Source of the DNA: Azolla caroliniana
Lineage: Eukaryota; Plantae; Polypodiophyta
NCBI GenBank assembly: GCA_043228905.1
Contig: JBHGNT010000038.1
Coordinates: forward strand, 1-64,000
Direction of reading: 5' to 3'
Length of the DNA: 64,000 nucleotides
Numbering within the stretch: position 1 is the first letter of the stretch; the number at the start of each line of letters is the position of its first letter. Of this stretch, positions 1 through 11,915 are shown piece after piece. The position numbers were made by a program, and so were the translations under genes. The notes beneath the pieces were generated by a model. The model had not been told where the DNA came from, searched no databases, and saw only the letters and a program-made list of their open reading frames with translations.

Positions 1-3000
1 AATTAAAATGTTCATACCTGGCTCGTGTGATATCGCATTTTTGTGTTCAAACATGCGAATCGAAGCTAACAACGCTAGCTATGATATGGAATTAAAAAAT
101 CAAGATTTTGAAAATCAGGTCGAGAGGCATGACGAAATTAGCAAATTTGAGGAGTGAGTTGAGAGGAGCCCTTGAGTAAATTAAAATGTTCATACCTAGC
201 GAGCGTGATATCGGATTTTTGTGTTCAAACATGCGAATCGAAGCTAAAAACGCTAGCTATGATATGGAATTAAAAAATCAAGATTTTGAAACTCAGGTCG
301 AGAGACATGACTAAATTACCAAATTTGAGGAGGGGGTTGAGAGGGGCCCTTGAGTAAATTAAAATGTTCATACCTAGCTCGTGTGATATCGGATTTTTGT
401 GTTCAAACATGCGAATCGAAGCTAACAACGCTAGCTCTGATATGGAATAAAAAAAACAAGATTTTGAAACTCAGGTCAAGAGACATGACGAAATTAGTAA
501 ATTTGAGGAGTGAGTTGAGAGGAGCCCTTGAGTAAATTAAAATGTTCATACATAGCGAGTGTGATATCGGATTTTTGTGTACAAACATGCGAATCGAAGC
601 TAACAACGCTAGCTATGATATGGAATTAAAAAATCAAGATTTTGAAACTCATGTCGAGAGGCATGACGAAATTAGCAAATTTGAGGAGTGAGTTGAGAGG
701 AGCCCGTGAGTAAATTAAAATGTTCATACCTGGCTTGTGTGATATCGGATTTTTGTGTTCAAACATCCGAATCGAAGCTAACAACGCTAGCTATGATATG
801 GATTAAAAAAAACAAGATTTTGAAACTCAGGTCAAGAGACATGACGAAATTAGCAAATTTGAGGAGTGAGTTGAGAGGAGCCCGTGAGTAAATTAAAATG
901 TTCATACCTGGCTCGTGTGATATCGGATTTTTGTGTTCAAACATCCGAATCGAAGCTAACAACGCTAGCTATGATATGGAATAAAAAAAACAAGATTTTG
1001 AAACTCAGGTCAAGAGACATGACGAAATTAGCAAATTTGAGGAGTGAGTTAAGAGAAGCCCTTGAGTAAATTAAAATGTTCATACATAGCGAGTGTGATA
1101 TCGGATTTTTGTGTACAAACATGCGAATCGAAGCTAACAACGCTAGCTATGATATGGAATTAAAAAATCAAGATTTTGAAACATGCGAATCGAGAGACAT
1201 GACGAAATTACCAAATTTGAGGAGTGAGGTTGAGAGGAGCCCTTGAGTAAATTAAAATGGTCATACCTAGCGAGTGTGATATCGGATTTTTGTGTTCAAA
1301 CATGCGAATCGAAGCTAACAACGCTAGCTATGATATGGAATTAAAAAATCAAGATTTTGAAATTCAGGTCGAGAGACATGACGAAATTAGCAAATTTTGA
1401 GGAGTGAGTTGAGAGGAGCCCTTGAGTGAATTAAAATGTTCATACCTAGCGAGTGTGATATCGGATTTTTGTGTTCAAACATGCGAATCGAAGCTAACAA
1501 CGCTAGCTATGATATGGAATTAAAAAATCAAGATTTTGAAACTCAGGTCGAGAGACATGACGAAATTACCAAATTTGAGGAGCGAGTTAAGAAGAGCTAT
1601 TAGGTAGATTACAATGTTCATACCTGGCTCGTGTGATATCGGTTTTTTGTGTTCAAACATGCGAATCGAAGCTAACAACGCTAGCTATGATATGGAATTA
1701 AAAAATCAAGATTTTGAAACTCAGGTCGAGAGACATGACGAAATTAGCAACCTTGACGAGGGAGTTGAGAGGAGCCCTTGAGTAAATAAAAATGTTCATA
1801 CCTAGCGCGTGTTATATCGGATTTTTGTGTTCAAACATGCGAATCGAAGCTAACAACGCTAGCAATAATATGGAATTAAAAAATCAAGATTTTAAAACTA
1901 AGGTCGAGAGACATGACGAAATTAGCAAATTTGAGGAGTGAGTTGAGAGGAGCCCTTGAGTAAATTAAAATGGTCATACCTAGCGAGTGTGATATCGGAT
2001 TTTTGTGTTCAAACATGCGAATCGAAGCTAACAATGCTAGCTATGATATAGAATTAAAAAATCAAGATTTTGAAACTCAGGTCGAGAGACATGACGAAAT
2101 TAGCAAATTTGAGGAGTGAGTTGAGAGGAGCCCTTGAGTAAATTAAAATGGTCATACCTAGCGAGTGTGATATCGGATTTTTGTGTTCAAACATGCGAAT
2201 CTAACCTAACAACGCTAGCTATGATATAGAATTAAAAAAGCAAGATTTTGAAACTCAGGTCGAGAGTCATGACGAAATTAGCAAATTTGAGGAGTGAGTT
2301 GAGAGGAGCCCTTGAGTAAATTAAAATGGTCATACCTAGCGAGTGTGATATCGGATTTTTGTGTACAAATATGCGAATCGAAGCTAACAACGCTAGCTAT
2401 GATATGGAATTAAAAAATCAAGATTTTGAAACTCAGGTCGAGAGACATGAAGAAATTAGCAAATTTGAGGAGTGAGGTTGGAAGAGCGCGTGAGTGAATT
2501 AAAATGTTCATACCTGGCTCGTGTGATATCGCATTTTTGTGTTCAAACATGCGAATCGAAGCTAACAACGCTAGCTATGATATGGAATTAAAAAATCAAG
2601 ATTTTGAAAATCAGGTCGAGAGGCATGACGAAATTAGCAAATTTGAGGAGTGAGTTGAGAGGAGCCCTTGAGTAAATTAAAATGTTCATACCTAGCGAGC
2701 GTGATATCGGATTTTTGTGTTCAAACATGCGAATCGAAGCTAAAAACGCTAGCTATGATATGGAATTAAAAAATCAAGATTTTGAAACTCAGGTCGAGAG
2801 ACATGACTAAATTACCAAATTTGAGGAGGGGGTTGAGAGGGGCCCTTGAGTAAATTAAAATGTTCATACCTAGCTCGTGTGATATCGGATTTTTGTGTTC
2901 AAACATGCGAATCGAAGCTAACAACGCTAGCTCTGATATGGAATAAAAAAAACAAGATTTTGAAACTCAGGTCAAGAGACATGACGAAATTAGTAAATTT

Positions 3001-3345
3001 GAGGAGTGAGTTGAGAGGAGCCCTTGAGTAAATTAAAATGTTCATACATAGCGAGTGTGATATCGGATTTTTGTGTACAAACATGCGAATCGAAGCTAAC
3101 AACGCTAGCTATGATATGGAATTAAAAAATCAAGATTTTGAAACTCATGTCGAGAGGCATGACGAAATTAGCAAATTTGAGGAGTGAGTTGAGAGGAGCC
3201 CGTGAGTAAATTAAAATGTTCATACCTGGCTTGTGTGATATCGGATTTTTGTGTTCAAACATCCGAATCGAAGCTAACAACGCTAGCTATGATATGGATT
3301 AAAAAAAACAAGATTTTGAAACTCAGGTCAAGAGACATGACGAAA
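1..3345. repeat. Block duplication at a 14-monomer offset (2496 bp): about 1-850 repeated at about 2497-3345
   Basis: Shared private variants (tatcgcattt, gaaaatcagg, ctagctctga, ctcatgtcgagaggc, ggcttgtg). Identical ORFs at 350/2846 and 403/2899. 2496 = 14x178 + 4, and the +4 is explained by indels near 1185, 1229 and 1397. Confidence 0.88.
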
Positions 3346-4739
3346 TTACCAAATTTGAGGAGTGAGTTAAGAGGAGCCCTTGAGTAAATTAAAATGTTCA
3401 TACATAGCGAGTGTGATATCGCATTTTTGTGTACAAACATGCGAATCGAAGCTAACAACGCTAGCTATGATATGGAATTAAAAAATCAAGATTTTGAAAA
3501 TCAAGTCGAGAGACATGACGAAATTACCAAATTTGAGGAGTGAGTTGAGAGGAGCCCTTGAGTAAATTAAAATGTTCATACCTAGCGAGCGTGATGTCGG
3601 ATTTTTGTGTTCAAACATGCGAATCGAAGCTAAAAACGCTAGCTATGATATGGAATTAAAAAATCAAGATTTTGAAACTCAGGTCGAGAGACATGACGAA
3701 ATTACCAAATTTGAGGAGGGAGTTGAGAGGGGCCCTTGAGTAAATTAAAATGTTCATACCTAGCTCGTGTGATATCGGATTTTTGTGTTCAAACATGCGA
3801 ATCAAACCTAACAACGCTAGCTATGATATGGAATTACAAAATCAAGATTTTGAAACTCCAGGCGAGAGACATGACGACATTACCAAATTTGAGGAGTGAG
3901 GTTGGAAGAGCGCGTGAGTGAATTAAAATGTTCATACCTGGCTCGTGTGATATCGGATTTTTGTGTACAAACATGCGAATCGAAGCTAACAATGCTAGCT
4001 ATGATATGGAATTAAAAAATCAAGATTTTGAAACTCAGGTCGAGAGACATGAAGAAATTACCAAATTTGAGGAGTGAGGTTGGAAGAGCGCGTGAGTAAA
4101 TTACAATGTTCATACCTGGCTCGTGTCATATCGGATTTTTGTGTTAAAACATTGGAATCGAAGCTAACAACGCTAGGTATGATATAGAATTAAAAAATCA
4201 AGATTTTGAAACTCAGGTCGAGAGACATGACGAAATTACCAAATTTGAGGAGTGAGTTGAGAGGAGCCCTTGAGTAAATTAAAATGTTCATACCTAGCTC
4301 GTGTGATATCGGATTTTTGTGTTCAAACCTGCGAATCGAAGCTAACAACGCTAGGTATGATATGGAATTACAAAATCAAGATTTTGAAACCCCAGGCGAG
4401 AGACATGACGAAATTACCAAATTTGAGGAGTGAGGTTGGAAGAGCGCGTGAGTGAATTAAAAGGTTCATTCCTGGCTCGTGTGATATCGGATTTTTGTGT
4501 TCAAACATGCGAATCGAAGCTAACAGCGCTAGCTATGATATGGAATTAAAAAATCAAGATTTTGAAACTCAGGTCGAGACACATGACGAAATTACCAAAT
4601 TTGAGGAGTGAGTTGAGAGGAGCCCTTGAGTAAATTAAAATGGTCATACCTAGCGAGTGTGCTATTGGATTTTTGTGTACAAACATGCGAATCGAAGCTA
4701 ACAACGCTAGCTATGATATGGAATTAAAAAATCAAGATT

Positions 4740-5720
4740 TTGAAACTCAGATCGAGAGACATGACGTAATTTCCAAATTTCAGGAGGGAGTTGAGAAGAG
4801 CTAGTAGGTAAATTATAATGTTCATACCTGGCTCGTGTGATATCGGATTTTTGTGTTCAAACCTGCGAATCGAAGCTAACAACGCTAGCTATGATATGGA
4901 ATTACAAAATCAAGATTTTGAAACTCCAGGCGAGAGACATGACGACATTACCAAATTTGAGGAGTGAGGTCGGAAGAGCGCGTGAGTGAATTAAAATGTT
5001 CATACTTGGCTCGTGTGATATCGGATTTTTGTGTACAAACATGCGAATCGAAGCTAACAACGCTAGCTATGATATGGAATTAAAAAATCAAGATTTTGAA
5101 ACTCAAATAGAGAGACATGACGTAATTTCCAAATTTCAGGAGGGAGTTGAGAAGAGCTAGTAGGTAAATTATAATGTTCATACCTGGCTCGTGTGATATC
5201 GGATTTTTGTGTTCAAACCTGCGAATCGAAGCTAACAACGCTAGCTATGATATGGAATTACAAAATCAAGATTTTGAAACTCCAGGCGAGAGACATGACG
5301 ACATTACCAAATTTGAGGAGTGAGGTTGGAAGAGCGCGTGAGTGAATTAAAATGTTCATACCTGGCTCGTGTGATATCGGATTTTTGTGTACAAACATGC
5401 GAATCGAAGCTAACAACGCTAGCTATGATATGGAATTAAAAAATCAAGATTTTGAAACTCAGATCGAGAGACATGACGTAATTTTCCAAATTTCAGGAGG
5501 GAGTTGAGAAGAGCTAGTAGGTAAATTATAATGTTCATACCTGGCTCGTGTGATATCGGATTTTTGTGTTGAAACCTGCGAATCGAAGCTAACAACGCTA
5601 GCTATGATATGGAATTACAAAATCAAGATTTTGAAACTCCAGGCGAGAGACATGACGACATTACCAAATTTGAGGAGTGAGGTTGGAAGAGCGCGTGAGT
5701 GAATTAAAATGTTCATACCT
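4740..5720. repeat. Dimeric higher-order repeat (356-357 bp), also at about 8090-9400, 11930-13600 and 16110-18130
   Basis: Strict alternation of monomers ending gagaagagctagtaggtaaattata and gaggttggaagagcgcgtgagtgaatta. The marker ctagtagg falls at 4801, 5157 and 5514. Confidence 0.9.
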
Positions 5721-6049
5721 GGCTCGTGTGATATCGGATTTTTGTGTACAAACATGCGAATCGAAGCTAGCAACGCTAGCTATGATATGGAATTAAAAAA
5801 TCAAGATTTTGAAACTCAGGTCGTGAGGCATGACGAAATTAGCAAATTTGAGGAGTGAGTTGAGAGGAGCCCTTGAGTAAATTAAAATGTTCATACCTGG
5901 CTCGTGTGATATCGGATTTTTGTGTTCAAACATCCGAATCGAAGCTAACAACGCTAGCTATGATATGGAATTAAAAAATCAAGATTTTGAAACTCAGGTC
6001 GAGAGACATGAAGAAATTACCAAATTTGAGGAGTGAGGTTGGAAGAGCG

Positions 6050-8050
6050 CGTGAGTGAATTAAAATGTTCATACCTGGCTCGTGTGATATCGGATTTTTG
6101 TGTTCAAACATTGGAATCGAAGCTAACAACGCTAGCTATGATATAGAATGAAAAAATCAAGATTTTGAAACTCAGGTCGAGAGACATGACGAAATTACCA
6201 AATTTGAGGAGGGGGTTGAGAGGGGCCCTTGAGTCAATTAAAATGTTCATACCTAGCTCGTGTGATATCAGATTTTTGTGTTCAAACATGCGAATCAAAC
6301 CTAACAACGCTAGCTATGATATAGAATTAAAAAAGCAAGATTTTGAAACTCAGGTCGAGAGACATGAAGAAATTACCAAATTTGAGGAGGGAGTTAAGAA
6401 TGTTCATACCTGGCTCGTGTGATATCGGATTTTTGTGTTAAAACATTGGAATCGAAGCTAACAACGCTAGGTATGATATAGAATTAAAAAATCAAGATTT
6501 TGAAACTCAGGTCGAGAGACATGAAGAAATTACCAAATTTGAGGAGGGAGTTAAGAAGAGCTATTAGGTAAATTACAATGTTCATACCTGGCTCGTGTGA
6601 TATCGGATTTTTGTGTTAAAACATTGGAATCGAAGCTAACAACGCTAGGTATGATATAGAATTAAAAAATCAAGATTTTGAAACTCAGGTCGAGAGACAT
6701 GACGAAATTACCAAATTTGAGGAGTGAGTTGAGAGGAGCCCTTGAGTAAATTAAAATGGTCATACCTAGCGAGTGTGATATCGGATTTTTGTGTACAAAC
6801 ATGCGAATCGAAGCTAACAACGCTAGCTATGATATGGAATTAAAAAATCAAGATTTTTAAACTCAGGTCGAGAGACATGACGAAATTTCCAAATTTCAGG
6901 AGGGAGTTGAGAAGAGCTAGTAGGTAAATTATAATGTTCATACCTGGTTCGTGTGATATCGGATTTTTGTGTTCAAACATGCGAATCGAAGCTAAAAACG
7001 CTAGCTATGATATGGAATTAAAAAATCAAGATTTTGCAACTCAAGTCGAGAGACATGAAGAAATTACCAAATTTGAGGAGTGAGGTTGGAAGAGCGCGTG
7101 AGTGAATTAAAATGTTCATACCTGGCTCGTGTGATATCGGATTTCTGTGTTCAAACATGCGAATCGAAGCTAACAACGCTAGCTATGATATGGAATGAAA
7201 AAATCAAGATTTTGAAACTCAGGTCGAGAGACATGACGAAATTACCAAATTTGAGGAGGGGGTTGAGAGGGGCCCTTGAGTCAATTAAAATGTTCATACC
7301 TAGCTCGTGTGATATCAGATTTTTGTGTTCAAACATGCGAATCAAACCTAACAACGCTAGCTATGATATAGAATTAAAAAAGCAAGATTTTGAAACTCAG
7401 GTCGAGAGACATGAAGAAATTACCAAATTTGAGGAGGGAGTTAAGAATGTTCATACCTGGCTCATGTGATATCGGATTTTTGTGTTAAAACATTGGAATC
7501 GAAGCTAACAACGCTAGGTATGATATAGAATTAAAAAATCAAGATTTTGAAACTCAGGTCGAGAGACATGAAGAAATTACGAAATTTGAGGAGGGAGTTA
7601 AGAAGAGCTATTAGGTAAATTACAATGTTCATACCTGGCTCGTGTGATATCGGATTTTTGTGTTAAAACATTGGAATCGAAGCTAACAACGCTAGGTATG
7701 ATATAGAATTAAAAAATCAAGATTTTGAAACTCAGGTCGAGAGACATGACGAAATTACCAAATTTGAGGAGTGAGTTGAGAGGAGCCCTTGAGTAAATTA
7801 AAATGGTCATACCTAGCGAGTGTGATATCGGATTTTTGTGTACAAACATGCGAATCGAAGCTAACAACGCTAGCTATGATATGGAATTAAAAAATCAAGA
7901 TTTTTAAACTCAGGTCGAGAGACATGACGAAATTTCCAAATTTCAGGAGGGAGTTGAGAAGAGCTAGTAGGTAAATTATAATGTTCATACCTGGTTCGTG
8001 TGATATCGGATTTTTGTGTTCAAACATGCGAATCGAAGCTAAAAACGCTA
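6050..8050. repeat. 6-monomer higher-order repeat (1047 bp) containing a 157-bp deleted monomer
   Basis: Deletion junctions gttaagaa|tgttcatacc at 6400 and 7447 are 1047 bp apart (6x178-21). ORFs 6104/7151 and 20775/21822 share this offset. A 7-mer version (1225 bp) occurs at 10099/11324 and 14284/15509. Confidence 0.9.
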
Positions 8051-11000
8051 GCTATGATATGGAATTAAAAAATCAAGATTATGAAACTCAGATCGAGAGA
8101 CATGACGTAATTTTCCAAATTTCAGGAGGGAGTTGAGAAGAGCTAGTAGGTAAATTATAATGTTCATACCTGGCTCGTGTGATATCGGATTTTTGTGTTC
8201 AAACCTGCGAATCGAAGCTAACAACGCTAGCTATGATATGGAATTACAAAATCAAGATTTTGAAACTCCAGGCGAGAGACATGACGACATTACCAAATTT
8301 GAGGAGTGAGGTCGGAAGAGCGCGTGAGTGAATTAAAATGTTCATACCTGGCTCGTGTGATATCGGATTTTTGTGTACAAACATGCGAATCGAAGCTAAC
8401 AACGCTAGCTATGATATGGAATTAAAAAATCAAGATTTTGAAACTCAAATAGAGAGACATGACGTAATTTCCAAATTTCAGGAGGGAGTTGAGAAGAGCT
8501 AGTAGGTAAATTATAATGTTCATACCTGGCTCGTGTGATATCGGATTTTTGTGTTCAAACCTGCGAATCGAAGCTAACAACGCTAGCTATGATATGGAAT
8601 TACAAAATCAAAATTTTGAAACTCCAGGCGAGAGACATGACGACATTACCAAATTTGAGGAGTGAGGTTGGAAGAGCGCGTGAGTGAATTAAAATGTTCA
8701 TACCTGGCTCGTGTGATATCGGATTTTTGTGTACAAACATGCGAATCGAAGCTAACAACGCTAGCTATGATATGGAATTAAAAAATCAAGATTTTGAAAC
8801 TCAGATCGAGAGACATGACGTAATTTTCCAAATTTCAGGAGGGAGTTGAGAAGAGCTAGTAGGTAAATTATAATGTTCATACCTGGCTCGTGTGATATCG
8901 GATTTTTGTGTTGAAACCTGCGAATCGAAGCTAACAACGCTAGCTATGATATGGAATTACAAAATCAATATTTTGAAACTCCAGGCGAGAGACATGACGA
9001 CATTACCAAATTTGAGGAGTGAGGTTGGAAGAGCGCGTGAGTGAATTAAAATGTTCATACCTGGCTCGTGTGATATCGGATTTTTGTGTACAAACATGCG
9101 AATCGAAGCTAACAACGCTAGCTATGATATGGAATTAAAAAATCAAAATTTTGAAACTCAGGTCGAGAGACATGACGAAATTTCCAAATTTGAGGACGGA
9201 GTTGAGAAGAGCTAGTAGGTAAATTACAATGTTCATACCTGGTTCGTGTGATATCGGATTTTTGTGTTCAAACATGCGAATCGAAGCTAACAACGCTAGC
9301 TATGATATGGAATTACAAAATCAAGATTTTGAAACTCCAGTCGAGAGACATGACGATATTACCAAATTTGAGGAGTGAGGTTGGAAGAGCGCGTGAGTGA
9401 ATTAAAATGTTCATACCTGGCTCGTGTGATATCGGATTTTTGTGTTCAAACATGCGATTCGAAGCTAGCAACGCTAGCTATGATATGGAATTAAAAAATC
9501 AAGATTTTGAAACTCAAATAGAGAGACATGACGTAATTTTCCAAATTTCAGGAGGGAGTTGAGAAGAGCTAGTAGGTAAATTATAATGTTCATACCTGGC
9601 TCGTGTGATATCGGATTTTTGTGTTGAAACCTGCGAATCGAAGCTAACAACGCTAGCTATGATATGGAATTAAAAAATCAAGATTTTGAAACTCAGGTCG
9701 AGAGACATGAAGAAATTACCAAATTTGAGGAGTGAGGTTGGAAGAGCGCGTGAGTGAATTAAAATGTTCATACCTGGCTCGTGTGATATCGGATTTTTGT
9801 GTTCAAACATTGGAATCGAAGCTAACAACGCTAGCTATGATATAGAATGAAAAAATCAAGATTTTGAAACTCAGGTCGAGAGACATGACGAAATTACCAA
9901 ATTTGAGGAGGGGGTTGAGAGGGGCCCTTGAGTCAATTAAAATGTTCATACCTAGCTCGTGTGATATCAGATTTTTGTGTTCAAACATGCGAATCAAACC
10001 TAACAACGCTAGCTATGATATAGAATTAAAAAAGCAAGATTTTGACACTCAGGTCGAGAGACATGAAGAAATTACCAAATTTGAGGAGGGAGTTAAGAAT
10101 GTTCATACCTGGCTCGTGTGATATCGGATTTTTGTGTTAAAACATTGGAATCGAAGCTAACAACGCTAGGTATGATATAGAATTAAAAAATCAAGATTTT
10201 GAAACTCAGGTCGAGAGACATGAAGAAATTACCAAATTTGAGGAGGGAGTTAAGAAGAGCTATTAGGTAAATTACAATGTTCATACCTGGCTCGTGTGAT
10301 ATCGGATTTTTGTGTTAAAACATTGGAATCGAAGCTAACAACGCTAGGTATGATATAGAATTAAAAAATCAAGATTTTGAAACTCAGGTCGAGAGACATG
10401 AAGAAATTACCAAATTTGAGGAGGGAGTTAAGAAGAGCTATTAGGTAAATTACAATGTTCATACCTGGCTCGTGTGATATCGGATTTTTGTGTTAAAACA
10501 TTGGAATCGAAGCCAACAACGCTAGGTATGATATAGAATTAAAAAATCAAGATTTTGAAACTCAGGTCGAGAGACATGACGAAATTACCAAATTTGAGGA
10601 GTGAGTTGAGAGGAGCCCTTGAGTAAATTAAAATGGTCATACCTAGCGAGTGTGATATCGGATTTTTGTGTACAAACATGCGAATCGAAGCTAACAACGC
10701 TAGCTATGATATGGAATTAAAAAATCAAGATTTTTAAACTCAGGTCGAGAGACATGACGAAATTTCCAAATTTCAGGAGGGAGTTGAGAAGAGCTAGTAG
10801 GTAAATTATAATGTTCATACCTGGTTCGTGTGATATCGGATTTTTGTGTTCAAACATGCGAATCGAAGCTAAAAACGCTAGCTATGATATGGAATTAAAA
10901 AATCAAGATTTTGCAACTCAAGTCGAGAGACATGAAGAAATTACCAAATTTGAGGAGTGAGGTTGGAAGAGCGCGTGAGTGAATTAAAATGTTCATACCT

Positions 11001-11866
11001 GGCTCGTGTGATATCGGATTTCTGTGTTCAAACATGCGAATCGAAGCTAACAACGCTAGCTATGATATGGAATGAAAAAATCAAGATTTTGAAACTCAGG
11101 TCGAGAGACATGACGAAATTACCAAATTTGAGGAGGGGGTTGAGAGGGGCCCTTGAGTCAATTAAAATGTTCATACCTAGCTCGTGTGATATCAGATTTT
11201 TGTGTTCAAACATGCGAATCAAACCTAACAACGCTAGCTATGATATAGAATTAAAAAAGCAAGATTTTGAAACTCAGGTCGAGAGACATGAAGAAATTAC
11301 CAAATTTGAGGAGGGAGTTAAGAATGTTCATACCTGGCTCGTGTGATATCGGATTTTTGTGTTAAAACATTGGAATCGAAGCTAACAACGCTAGGTATGA
11401 TATAGAATTAAAAAATCAAGATTTTGAAACTCAGGTCGAGAGACATGAAGAAATTACGAAATTTGAGGAGGGAGTTAAGAAGAGCTATTAGGTAAATTAC
11501 AATGTTCATACCTGGCTCGTGTGATATCGGATTTTTGTGTTAAAACATTGGAATCGAAGCTAACAACGCTAGGTATGATATAGAATTAAAAAATCAAGAT
11601 TTTGAAACTCAGGTCGAGAGACATGACGAAATTACCAAATTTGAGGAGTGAGTTGAGAGGAGCCCTTGAGTAAATTAAAATGGTCATACCTAGCGAGTGT
11701 GATATCGGATTTTTGTGTACAAACATGCGAATCGAAGCTAACAACGCTAGCTATGATATGGAATTAAAAAATCAAGATTTTTAAACTCAGGTCGAGAGAC
11801 ATGACGAAATTTCCAAATTTCAGGAGGGAGTTGAGAAGAGCTAGTAGGTAAATTATAATGTTCATA

Positions 11867-11915
11867 CCCTAAACCCTAAACCCTAAACCCTAAACCCTAA
11901 ACCCTAAACCCTAAA
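11867..11915 (-). repeat. Interstitial telomeric tract (CCCTAAA)7, i.e. (TTTAGGG)7 on the minus strand, copy 1
   Basis: ttcata-(ccctaaa)x7-ctcaaatagagagac read directly: seven perfect Arabidopsis-type telomere units embedded in a satellite monomer. Confidence 0.98.

Noticed and set aside
1-178. Identity with Arabidopsis thaliana CEN178/CEN180 or with 5S rDNA/tRNA-derived repeats
   Set aside because: Only the length matches. I do not recognise the CEN178 sequence, a 5S rRNA gene or a tRNA fold in it. A database search would be needed to name the family.
1-178. Origin of the monomer from an 89-bp half-unit (aattaaaa at positions 1 and 90)
   Set aside because: Beyond that AT-rich 8-mer the halves do not align by eye. 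Other internal similarities (tgatat, gatttt, acatg) occur at inconsistent spacings of 54, 68 and 76 bp.
7080-7469. Longest ORF family (129 aa; also 10957, 15142, 20775, 21822) as a possible de novo gene
   Set aside because: It spans two monomers, and its length follows from a few stop-removing variants and the 21-bp deletion copied with the HOR. There is no independent coding evidence.
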